This document shows positions 10,611 to 21,436 of a DNA stretch of 32,000 bases, piece by piece. The stretch is from positions 1 through 32,000 of the forward strand of contig BAAFSQ010000047.1 in assembly GCA_054661495.1 (NCBI GenBank), in the 5' to 3' direction. The number at the start of each line of letters is the position of its first letter. The stretch's first letter is position 1. The DNA comes from Zygophlyctis sp. KS116 (lineage: Eukaryota; Fungi; Chytridiomycota). The translations under genes and the position numbers were made by a program. The notes under the pieces are model-generated. The model searched no databases. It was not told the origin of the DNA and was given only the letters and a program-made list of their open reading frames with translations.

Positions 10611-11527
10611 ATGATTTTGCTACAATCCAATTGTCCAAATTTACAGCTATTAGCAAGAGGAAAAGTTCGAGATTTATATAGGCTTGATGATAAAACATTG
10701 CTATTTGTTGCGACTGATCGGATCTCTGCTTATGATGTTATAATGAAATCTGGAATTCCAGGAAAAGGAAAGATTCTAACACAGATGTCTGAATTCTGGT
10801 TTTCTTATCTACAAAGTCTGATGCCAAATCATTTAATCACTTGCGATATTCTAAAAATGCCACTCTCTGTTCAAGAATATAAGGATCAGTTGACTGGTAG
10901 AGTCATGATGATTAAAGATTGTAAGATACTTCCTGTTGAGGCAATTGTAAGAGGTTATATCACTGGATCAGGCATGAAGGAATATCAAATAAAAGGAACA
11001 GTTTGTGATATTCCATTGCCAAGTGGACTAAAGGAAGCTGATCAATTGGAAAAACCTCTCTTCACTCCAAGTACAAAGGCTGAGATCGGACAGCATGATG
11101 AAAATATAAATCCAAGTAAATTACCTGAAATGATTGGTGAGAGATTTGCTCAAGAAATGGAAATAAAGGCTTTGGAATTATACTCTAAAGCTAGAGATTA
11201 CGCATTAAGTAGAGGTATAATCATTGCAGATACTAAATTTGAATTTGGAGTTGATCAAAATGGACAATTGGTTCTTGCTGATGAAGTTTTAACTCCAGGT
11301 AAATTGATTTACTAAATCTAGATTCATCACGGTTTTGGTCACTTGAGCAGTATTCTCCAGGATCTCTTCAAAAAAGTTATGATAAACAGTATTTAAGAGA
11401 TTATCTCACTTCAATATCATTTGATAAAAAGGTAGGTATTGAACTTTCTCAAGAAATAATTTCTGCAACTTTAGAAAAGTATATTGATGCATTTAAAATC
11501 TTGACAGGAAAAGATCCAATACTATAA
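10611..11527 (+). CDS. ADE1: SAICAR synthetase; intron 11299-11321
   Basis: RGKVRDLY, LLFVATDRISAYDV, FTPSTKAE, IIADTKFEFG, DEVLTP|DSSRFW, SYDKQYLRDYL. Confidence 0.98.
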
Positions 11528-12285
11528 TTCTACTTTTAAACTTGTTTTTTTCTGAACTCTTGCTTGTAGAAACACTCTTTCCATTTTAAGATCTTGTTTT
11601 CTATTAACAACATCTTTTTTAATATATTCTGCTTCCAAAATCACAAATCCAACACTCTCAAATAATTCCTTGAAATTTTCCAAAGAGAAGAAATAAGATA
11701 GAGTCCCATCATTCCTGTAATAACAACTAGTAGAAATTTCAGAGACTGGTTTAAATCTTTTTTGAGCCAAATCTCCAATTGCATAATCTCTAAAAATTAA
11801 AATTCCATTTTCTGCCATTAAATTATAGATATTTGAGACTGCAAGAGATAAATTACTAGGAGGTATTGCCGATAGAATGAATATGCAAGAAACTAAATCA
11901 ACTAGAGGAATTGAAGGAAAAGATTTTTTATCAGTTATATCCATTACATGAGCATTAATTCTCTCTTGATTATAATCTGGATGACTTTTAACCAATTCTA
12001 TAGCATTTGGAGAAAAATCCACTGCATAAATAAAAAGATTTGTTGATTCAATCAATGGAAAAGCAAAAGAACCATGACCACATCCTATTTCTAGTAAGAA
12101 TGAATGACCTTTTTCTGGACTTAGATCAGGAAATTCTCTTAGAGTCCAATGTCTATCCTATAAATTTAGTAATTGATACAAACCTTGAAAAAGTTGTTTG
12201 AATTTCTCTTGTAAAATAGATCCCAGTGTTTTGAAGGTTTTTCTAAAAACTGATTTTTCTTGTGGATTTCAAAGGAATCATTCAT
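11522..12285 (-). CDS. tRNA N3-methylcytidine methyltransferase, METTL6/Trm141-like; intron about 12158-12183
   Basis: KHWDLFYKRNSNNFFK|DRHWTLREF, LEIGCGHG, YAVDFSPNAI, IFILSAI, FRDYAIGDLAQKRF, RNDGTLSYFF, MERVFLQ. Confidence 0.9.
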
Positions 12286-12317
12286 CTCTTGTCTCTGTTG
12301 CACTGCGGATGTAGATT

Positions 12318-12492
12318 TTTACTCTAAACAAGCAGGGTTTACATTTTTCAAGAAGGGTTTACTCCCAATAAGATAAGCAGGGTTTACTCTAAACAAGCAG
12401 GGTTTACATTTTTCAACAAGGGTTTACATTTTACTCAAAGGGTTTACTCCCAAGAAGATAAGCAGGGTTTACATTTTTCAAAAAGGGTTCAT
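12318..12492. repeat. Non-coding minisatellite: eight AGGGTTTAC-type cores in a 65-bp higher-order repeat
   Basis: Cores at 12334, 12354, 12379, 12399, 12419, 12439, 12464 and 12484 (the last is AGGGTTC); aagcagggtttacatttttcaa recurs every 65 nt; all three minus-strand frames contain stops. Confidence 0.92.
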
Positions 12493-12616
12493 GTGGGAGC
12501 CCTAGACAAGAAATGTAAAATAGTAAAAATTGCCAATAGTAAAAATTGACCATAAAATAGACCTGGACAGTAAAAGTGGCAAAGTGCAAATTAGTTTTAG
12601 GAAGAATCTAAAAAAA

Positions 12617-13197
12617 ATGCCAAGACTCATTGAATATCAAGTGATTGGAAGAAGATTGCCTACTGAAAAGGAACCAACTCCAAAATTATACCGAATGAGA
12701 CTCTTTGCTCCAAATGAGGTAGTTGCAAAATCTCGTTTTTGGTATTTCTTGAAACAGGTCAACAAGGTCAAGAAAACTTCTGGAGAGATCGTTTCAATAA
12801 ACAAGGTAAAAACTATGAAATAATTCTAGATCTTTGAAAAAAAACCAAGTGCTGTCAAGAATTTCGGAATCTGGCTACGATACAATTCTAGATCTGGAAC
12901 CCATAATATGTATAAGGAATATAGAGAATTATCTCGTACTGATGCAGTCGAAGCCTGTTGTAAGATTCTAAAAAAATTTATATTATAGATCAAGATATGG
13001 CTGCTCGTCATCGTGCTAGATTTACTTCTATTCACATTATTAAAGTAGCAACTGTCAAGAATGCAGATGTTCGTCGTCCTTATATTAGACAAATCCTGGA
13101 ACCTAAATTGGCTTTCCCACTTCCTCATCGTGTGACTCGCCCAGCAAGTAAAAGAAATGCTGCTTTATTTGTTGGAAATAGACCATCTACTTTTTAA
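12617..13197 (+). CDS. RPL20: 60S ribosomal protein eL20 (L18a), 2 introns
   Basis: [90 protein letters not shown]. Confidence 0.98.
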
Positions 13198-13225
13198 GAA
13201 ATTAAAAATGTTTCTATTTCACAAT

Positions 13226-13967
13226 TCATTTTAATTTTGAGCCTGCTTCTGTATCTATAACCCAAATAATATTTGGATTTTTTATAGATCCTGCAGGATA
13301 CTGTATAGAATTTTCAATTAAGATTTCAGACAAGACTTGAGCCTTTTCTTTTCCAGTCACTACAAAAACAATATTTTTTGCAGTATTTAAAACTGGAAAA
13401 GTTAAAGTAATTCTTTCTAAAGGAGGTTTTGGAGAATCTCTAATAATCCCAATTTTTTTAGTTTCATTTAGTAATTCATGTCCAGGGAATAGTGAACATG
13501 TATGTCCTAATTTATAAAATATAGTAATTACCATCAGGACCCATTCCTAAAAATATAATATCAAATGGATTAGCCCCTAAAATTCCATCTAATTTCATTT
13601 CATAATCTTTAGCAATCTGATCTGGATCATTTAATAAATCGTAATTTATAGGAAATCCAATTGAATTTTTCCATTTAGAAAGCAAATGTTGGCCAATCAA
13701 TTTGTAATTAGAATCCTCAGACTCTAGTTTGACTAATCTTTCATCTGCTAGAAATACATTCCATTTATAGTCTGTGATTAGATCTCTTCCCAAGAGAATA
13801 GGTAATGATCCGCCTGAAACAGCCATTGTTAAGGAATCAGAGAGACTTTGCTCTTGTACTTGCTGTACGAATTTAGATAAAAATATTGGAATTTCATTCT
13901 TTTGGAGCATGATTACTCTTGATCCAGACAATGTAGACAATGTAGACAATGTAGACATATCAGACAT
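13226..13967 (-). CDS. 6-phosphogluconolactonase (SOL family), 1 intron
   Basis: [31 protein letters not shown]|[27 protein letters not shown]. Start at ATG 13967 or 13958. Confidence 0.95.
13926..13957. repeat. 9-bp tandem repeat (agacaatgt x3.5) encoding STL repeats at the lactonase N-terminus
   Basis: agacaatgt at 13926, 13935 and 13944, partial copy at 13953. Confidence 0.9.
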
Positions 13968-14048
13968 ACCAAATTGGATGGAGAATGGATGGCTCATTAT
14001 CAATGGAAAACCTGTAAAAATCTCTTTTTAAATCTCGTGAATTGTGAT

Positions 14049-15114
14049 ATGACTTTATTAGAAACAGAGCATCAGGATTTAATTCATGATGCTCAAATGG
14101 ATTATTATGGAAGGAAACTAGCAACCTGTTCCTCTGATAAAACAATAAAACTATTTTCTGTCTCTGGAAATGAACAAAAACCAATTGATACTTTAATCGG
14201 GTAAAAATACTTTTTAACTCTAGGCATGAAGGCCCAGTCTGGCAGGTCTCTTGGGCTCATCCAAAGTATGGGAATATACTTGCTTCTTGTTCTTATGATT
14301 CAAAAGTGATTATTTGGAGAGAAGGTTCGGCTGCAACAGGATCTCAAAAATGGGTTAAAATAAAGGAATATACTGGTCATTCTGCTTCTGGTATAATTAA
14401 ATATTGTATTAATAACAAGTAAATTCTGTCTCTTGGGCTCCTCATGAATATGGATTAGAATTAGCGGCAGGATCATCAGATGGGAAAATATCTATATTAA
14501 CGTGGAAGAGTATTTTACTGATTTTATTAATAAAAAAAGATGATGGTACATGGGATTTAGATGGGTTTGATGCTCATACTCTTGGTGTAAATTCTGTATC
14601 TTGGGCTCCTTCAACTGTTCCAGGTTCTTTGGTTCAATTAGGATCTCCTGTATCTCCAATTTCAAATGCTAAAAGACTTGTAACAGGTGGTTGTGATCAT
14701 TTAGTTAAAATTTGGTGGTATTTTTTAAAATGTTTTATAAATTATAGTCAGGCAGAGGCTGGGAATTGGGTAGAAGAAGCGGTTTTAGAAGGTCATACTG
14801 ACTGGGTTAGAGATGTTGCATGGGCTCCTAATATAGGTATTACAGCTTCATATATTGCTAGTGGATCTCAAGTAAGATTTTAAATTTAAAATTAGGATAA
14901 AACTGTGATTATTTGGGTACAGAATGGTCAAGGAGCGCCTTGGGTAAAGAAGACTCTTGGTGAAAATTATACGTTTCCAGATGTTGTATGGAGAGTGTCA
15001 TGGTCAGTGTCTGGAGCATTATTAGCTGTATCATCAGGAGATAATCAGATATCATTATGGAAGGAAAATCTAGATGGAGTTTTTGAACAAGTTGGAGATG
15101 TGCCGCAACAATAA
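14049..15114 (+). CDS. SEC13: COPII coat / nucleoporin WD40 protein Sec13, 5 introns
   Basis: [76 protein letters not shown]. Confidence 0.98.
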
Positions 15115-15144
15115 AAAGTAAAATTTTGTTTTTCCAATTCCAAA

Positions 15145-16838
15145 ATGTGTGGTATTAATTCTGTATTGTTGGCTGATCCTTTGGGTAATGCTGCAGTTGA
15201 GTTGGTTGACTCTTTGGGACTTTTGCAGCATCGGGGTCAAGTAAGTCTTGACAATTTATGACTATAGGATGCTGCTGGTGTTATTACTTGTGGTGAGAAG
15301 GGAAGACTTTATCAATGCAAGGGAAATGGGATGGTTCGTGATATATTCTCAAAGAATCTTGTATCCGATCTGTATGGGTCAATGGGTGTTGGGCATGTGA
15401 GATACCCAACGGTAAGTTTTTGATTTTGGTAAATAAAGGCCGGATCATCGTCGACATCTGAAGCTCAACCATTTTATGTAAACTCTCCTTATGGAATTGT
15501 TGTGGCTCATGTAATCTTTTTAAAAACTTAAAGTTTTAGAATGGGAATTTAACAAATGCAAAAGAATTAAAATCATTTTTAGATTATGAAGCTCATCGGC
15601 ATGTTAATACCGATTCAGATTCTGAATTACTGCTAAATATTTTTGCAGATTGTTTACAAAAAACCGGAAAAGTTCGGTAATTTTTTTCAATTAAAGTAAC
15701 AGTGTTAATGAAGAAGATATATTTCAAGCTTTAGTGGGTGTGTATGAAAAATGTAAAGGTGGATATGCAGTAGCAGCAATGATTGCAGGTTTTGGCTTAA
15801 TAGCATTCAGAGATCCAAATGGTATAAGACCATTAATTTATGGAACTCGTAAAAATGAGAAAGGAATAGATTATATGGTCTCTTCTGAATCGGTTGCCAT
15901 TGAAGTGCTTGGATATTCAAATTTTATAGATATTAATCCTGGAGAAGCAATAATAATTACAAGGAATAATGTAACCAAGAGGCAGTGTGTAGCACCAAGA
16001 GAATTTACTCCATGCATTTTTGAATATGTCTATTTTGCTCGTCCAGACTCAATCATGGACGGTATATCAGTTTACAAATCCAGATTAGCTATGGGAGATG
16101 CATTGGCTAATGCAGTAGTTCGCAAGCTTGGAAAAGAAGTTGATGAAATTGATGTAGTAATTCCAGTTCCAGATACTAGTCGAACATCTGCTCTTCAAGT
16201 ATCTTATAAGCTGAATAAGCTCTACCGTGAAGGATTTATTAAAAATAGATATATAGCAAGAACGTTTATTATGCCTGGTCAACAACAACGTATAAGATCA
16301 GTTCGAAGGAAATTAAATCCTATGGCCATGGAATTTTCAGGCAAAAATGTACTCATTGTTGATGACTCTATTGTTCGTGGAACTACTTCTAAAGAAATTG
16401 TTCAAATGGCTAGAGATTGTGGTGCTAAAAAAGTGTATTTTGCAAGTTGCGCTCCACCTATAAGGTAGATTATATTTCTGATTATATTAGATTTCCAAAT
16501 GTCTATGGTATCGATATGCCAACCCGAAAGGAACTTGTAGCCCATAACCGTTCTGATGATGAAGTATCTACTGCTATAGGTGCAGATATAGTAATATATC
16601 AGGTATTTTTATTCACTAAATTGAATAGAATCTTGATGATCTTGTAACTTCTGTTGCTAAATTCAATCGGTCAATAAAGACCTTTGATGTCTCTGTATTT
16701 AACGGATGTTATGTCACTGGGGATGTATCAAATGAATATCTACTAGAATTAGAAAACACAAGATCAGACGAAGCAAAGAAAAACCTAGCATTACCAAAAG
16801 CAGAAGTCATTGGATTGCACAATTCAAAAATCTATTAA
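15145..16838 (+). CDS. ADE4: Amidophosphoribosyltransferase (PurF), about 6 introns
   Basis: MCGI Ntn start, LQHRGQ|[55 protein letters not shown]. Confidence 0.98.
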
Positions 16839-17208
16839 ACATCATTCAATTTAGATATGTCATGTTGGGCTGTGAGCCTTGCTCCTAACATTTTAAATTT
16901 TGCAACTTACTGATTAGTTCCCTTATTGCGGCCGTCGTAGCCACCTCCAACTCTACATATTTTTCCTCTAAATCTCTCTTCAAGTCCCAATTTGGCTTCT
17001 TTGGAGCTAGATCAGCCAAATCCACTGCATCCTCTTGTACTTGTGGCTCTTGCTCTTTTTGTTCTTGAATTTCCTGTTCAATTTCCATAGTTTCCCTTTC
17101 AATCCCTTTGGGTACTAGCAGTTCCTGAACATTTACAGATGGGGTGGATTCATCAATGACTGGCTCTTCCTTTGTTTGACGATAATTTCGAAACTTTACT
17201 CGAGACAT
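16835..17208 (-). CDS. CWC18: Splicing factor Cwf18/CCDC12, 1 intron
   Basis: KFRNY and DLADLAPKKPNWDLKRDL...T..AIRELI|RARL. Confidence 0.92.
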
Positions 17209-17246
17209 AATCACCAGGGCCTAACCAGCTGAAAAGTATTTTCTAA

Positions 17247-18511
17247 ATGTCGGTTTATATTGTTGCTGCTAAAAGAACTCCTATTGGAACGTTTGGGGGC
17301 AAATTGGCTTCGATATCTGCGACCGAACTTGGGTCAATTGCATCTGTTGCTGCTGTCAAATCTATTGGAAAACCAGTCAAGATTGATTCGTGTATTTACG
17401 GAAACGTACTACAAACTTCATCCGGTAAACATAATTAATATAATGTGTTTAGATGCTGCTTATTTGAGTAGACATGTTGGTCTAAAGGCTGGTTTATCCA
17501 TTGATACACCTGCGCTTACTATTAATAGATTATGCGGCTCTGGATTCCAATCTGTGATTTCTGGTGCTCAGGAAATTTTATTGAATGAAGCTCAGGTTGT
17601 ATTAGCTGGTGGTACAGAAAATATGTCACAGGCTCCTTATGCTTTAAGAAATGTACGAACTGGGACACGATATGGCGTTGAGTAAGTACCTTCAACTTGA
17701 AAAAATAGTTTGCAATTGGAGGATACTCTTGCTCATGGATTGGTAGATTCCTGGCCAAAGAAAACTCCAATGGCTATTACTGCTGAAAATTTGGCAAAAA
17801 AATATAACATTTCACGAAAAGAATGTGATGATTTTGCTCTATTGTCTCAAACAAGATGGGGAAATGCAAGTAAAGCTGGAGTTTTTAATGCGGAAATTAC
17901 TCCAGTTGAAATTAAAGGAAGAAAAGGAATTGAAATTTTTAATACAGATGAACATCCAAGACCTTCTACAACTATAGAGCAATTGGCAAAATTGAAACCA
18001 ATTTTTGTTAAAGATGTTGGAGTAGTTACAGCTGGAAATGCATCTGGTAATTATCAAAATTATAAATTTAATAGGAATCAATGATGGGGCTGCGTCTATT
18101 GTATTGGCATCAGAAAAAGCAGTGTCTTCACAAGGATTAAAGCCTTTAGCTAGATTAGTCTCTTGGCATTATGCTGGTGTTGATCCTTCAATTATGGGTA
18201 TTGGTCCTGTTCCTGCTATTAAAGGTGCGTTACAAAAAGCAGGCCTTTCGTTAAAGGATATGTCAATAATTGAAGTTAATGAAGCTTTTGCAGTTCAATA
18301 TTTAGCAGTTGAAAAAGAGTTGAATTTGGATCGATCTATTACTAATACTAATGGTGGTGCTATTGCAATTGGTCACCCTCTGGGAGCATCAGGTGCTAGA
18401 ATAACTGCGCATTTGGTCCACGAACTTATTCGAACTGGAGGAAAGTATGGAATTGGGTCTGCATGTATTGGAGGCGGACAAGGAATCGCTTTGATTATTG
18501 AAAGATGTTGA
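17247..18511 (+). CDS. 3-ketoacyl-CoA thiolase, ACAA2 (mitochondrial T1)-type, 3 introns
   Basis: [45 protein letters not shown]|[32 protein letters not shown]. Confidence 0.95.
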
Positions 18512-18550
18512 TTAGTCTTTTACCATGGCAATTGTGTCAAGGTGATTTAA

Positions 18551-20017
18551 ATGAATATCAAAGATATCTTTCTGTTTTCAACGGTTTTAACTCTTCTTTT
18601 GATCACCAGAAAGTCATGGTTACCATCTACTCCCTTGGAAGATGTACCATTGTACTTAAATGATATTGATTATTGGTTGTTGAATATCACAATTTTGCCT
18701 AAATTGTTGTCCAATATTTCTCCACCTGATGCTCTAAAAGGAACAGTTATTGCAAGTCCTTCTAGAGAATCTCCAAATTATTATTATCATTGGATCAGGG
18801 AGTAAGATCGGTAGAAAATGACATATAGCGCTGGCGTGGTTCTTGGTGAGATCAATCATCTGTTCAAAATTCAAAATAACTCAAAGTTTGAAGATATTTT
18901 ATGGAATTATGCTGCTTTATCGAGAAAGCTTCAAATGCTACCTTCCATTGGTGGGATCGGCGAACCAAAGTTCAATGTTGATGGTTCTCTTTTTAATGGT
19001 CCATGGTGTAGACCTCAATCAGATGGACCTGCACTGGAAGCCTCTTTACTGATTGAATTTGCATTCAATTATTTGAAATTGGGAGGGTCTATTGAAGAAG
19101 TCTCGAAGTTGTATGATTCCAAACTCCCTACTGATTCAGTTGTCAAAATATGTCTTGAATACGTCTCCCATAATTGGTCCGAAAATACCTGTGATTTGTG
19201 GGAAGAAGTTATTGGTGATTTTTTCTATACTAGAATGGTTCAAAGATCTGCTTTAATTAGAGGGCAAGCTATTGCAAGAAAAATGAAGGATCCTTTAGCA
19301 GCAGACTGGTACACTCTGCAAGCTTCACAAATATCTCTTGCTTTAGAACATCATTGGTCAGAAGCAAAAGGATACATTGTATCTGGCTTAAAGAATTCAC
19401 AGGATATTAGATCTGGATTGGACATTTCTATTATTTTGGGAGTGCTTCATAGTCCAGAAACGCCTTCATTTTCTCCAACGGATGACCGTATTCTTTCCAC
19501 TTTTGTTCAATTGGTGAATAGCTTTTCCAAATCTTACGATATAAATAAGATAACTCATGATCAGTACAATCAAAGATTGGGAATAGCAATAGGTCGTTAT
19601 CCAGAAGACTTGTATAATGGTGCAGGAAAATCAATTGGAAATCCATGGTATCTTGCAACTTCTTCTTTGGCTGAATTCTTGTATAAATTAGCATTTTTAT
19701 ACACCAAACAAGGAATAATTACTGTAACCTACAGATCTCTACCATTCTTTCGTGATTTTCTTCAACTGAAATCTATAGCTTTGGGAGATATTAAATCTGA
19801 CTCTAAAATCTTTTCTCAAATCATTTTAAATTGCTTTATTCGTGGTGATGAATTTCTACGCCGGATAAAGTATTATTCTCCTACAGCAAATCTATCTGAA
19901 CAATTTGATGGCAAATCAGGAATAAATAAAGGCGCTCATGATTTATCTTGGAGCTATGCATCTTTATTATCTGCTATTCGGTCTAGAAATGATTTAAGAA
20001 TGATCACAAAGAAATGA
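18551..20017 (+). CDS. Glucoamylase, glycoside hydrolase family 15, with N-terminal hydrophobic segment and no obvious starch-binding domain; intron 18802-18828
   Basis: ASPSRESPNYYYHWIR|DAG, GEPKFNVDG, WCRPQSDGPA, DLWEEV (catalytic acid), GRYPEDLY, LSEQFD, DLSWSYA. Confidence 0.96.
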
Positions 20018-20047
20018 TCCAGACGTAAATTTTGTTATCGCAAGTAA

Positions 20048-20581
20048 ATGCCAATTCTCTTTTTACTATTCTCTTGTTTGATCTTGACTATACAGTCCAC
20101 TCCAGAATTAAAAAAAGAATTATCCAATCTTTCTTTCAAGGATGCTGTCAAGACTGCCTGGAATCATCAAGGTCTTCAATCTATTGTAGATACACTTGAG
20201 AAGAATGAAATGGCGATTGCATATGCTCTAAAACATCATGATTCTAACAGTAATGGAAAAGGATTTGACATCATTAGCGATGCATTTTATTCCCCTCACA
20301 AGAATAGACTTTATAGATTGGAAAAACTGTTGGAGAATCCTACATTATCTTTTCTCGACTTTAAAAATCTTGCACAACTAATGGTCAATGAAGGAGATGT
20401 ATGGGCAATAGATCTACTATTGAATAATCCAAAAATTGATCTCAGCTTTGATGACAATCATTTATTAAAGACTGCAAGATATAATAATGATTCTTTAATG
20501 GTGGAAAAATTAAAAAGTGATCAGGCTGTCAGGAACAAGGATTTATTATTACAGACTGGGGTAGAACCAACAATTTTCTAG
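20048..20581 (+). CDS. Orphan secreted protein A (177 aa) with degenerate ankyrin-like C-terminal repeats
   Basis: Intronless ORF; signal-peptide-like MPILFLLFSCLILTIQS; LLLNNPKIDLSFDDNHLLKTA...MVEKL; aligns by eye with the 21437-22321 product. Confidence 0.8.
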   Translation: MPILFLLFSCLILTIQSTPELKKELSNLSFKDAVKTAWNHQGLQSIVDTLEKNEMAIAYALKHHDSNSNGKGFDIISDAFYSPHKNRLYRLEKLLENPTLSFLDFKNLAQLMVNEGDVWAIDLLLNNPKIDLSFDDNHLLKTARYNNDSLMVEKLKSDQAVRNKDLLLQTGVEPTIF

Positions 20582-20746
20582 ATAGTGTTTACGTTATGAA
20601 TAGTCATTAATATTGTCAATCTATAAATTGAGTTTATCAGTTGATCGGCAGGGTTGAATGGCTTGCGTTGCTTTTTGCGCAGAGATTCCCAGCAAATATT
20701 CCTTATCAAATTCCAAATGTTTATCTTTTACTATTCTCAATCTTTA

Positions 20747-21298
20747 ATGGATCTTTATAAGATCGCTTGTCTAATCCTTTACTTTCAAACTCTTTCAGCA
20801 ATGCCCATCAGTGTCAATACTGGTTCTGGGGTTTCTGGCACTGGTTCATTAAGAGGTGGAAATCTAGTTGGATCAATCAATTCCAAACCTATTATTAATG
20901 CAATCGCTATACAAAATTCTAGAAAGGGTCAAAAGGCTGTAAAGCCAAAAACAAACAAGAAGATTAAAGGGAAAAAGAAGGCTGCTAAACTGATGGCTGA
21001 GCAGAATAAATTAACTAGAACAGACTCAAAGTCAACTTTATCAAGTAAAGTCATTAATGATGCTAATAATGGTCAAAATGGTATTTCCCATTTAAAACAG
21101 CAATCGGGTCTAAGTTTTGATCTTCAGGATTTGAATATTGATGGTTCAGTATCATTAACAGATGGTTTTGAAAATATAAACCACCCCTTGGATCAAAATC
21201 AGATTTCCAAGATGAAGAAGACTCCAAATTGGGTAATCATTGATGAAGATCAAGTTGATGATTGGAGTTTGATTGATGGAGAGGGATCAGTTTTCTGA
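20747..21298 (+). CDS. Orphan secreted, probably disordered protein B (183 aa) with a Lys-rich patch and C-terminal AIM/LIR-like motifs
   Basis: Intronless ORF; MDLYKIACLILYFQTLSA-MP signal-like start (alternative ATG 20717); KPKTNKKIKGKKKAAK; ends NWVIIDEDQVDDWSLIDGEGSVF. Confidence 0.75.
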   Translation: MDLYKIACLILYFQTLSAMPISVNTGSGVSGTGSLRGGNLVGSINSKPIINAIAIQNSRKGQKAVKPKTNKKIKGKKKAAKLMAEQNKLTRTDSKSTLSSKVINDANNGQNGISHLKQQSGLSFDLQDLNIDGSVSLTDGFENINHPLDQNQISKMKKTPNWVIIDEDQVDDWSLIDGEGSVF

Positions 21299-21436
21299 TT
21301 AATTTAATAAATCAGTAAAATTACATTGATGACACTGAACATGATTAGTCCTTGATGAGCTTGACAGCTTTGGTCCAAGGAGTAAAAAACGTGACTAGAT
21401 TTGAGGCTTATCAGCGATCAATTAATTCCCAATTGT

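Noticed and set aside
12318-12492. CRISPR-like repeat-spacer array
   Set aside because: The cores are only 9 nt, the intervening sequences are themselves repeated, there are no cas genes and the context is eukaryotic.
12530-12616. N-terminal extension of eL20 in the ORF track
   Set aside because: It starts at a TTG within promoter repeats; the conserved protein begins at ATG 12617.
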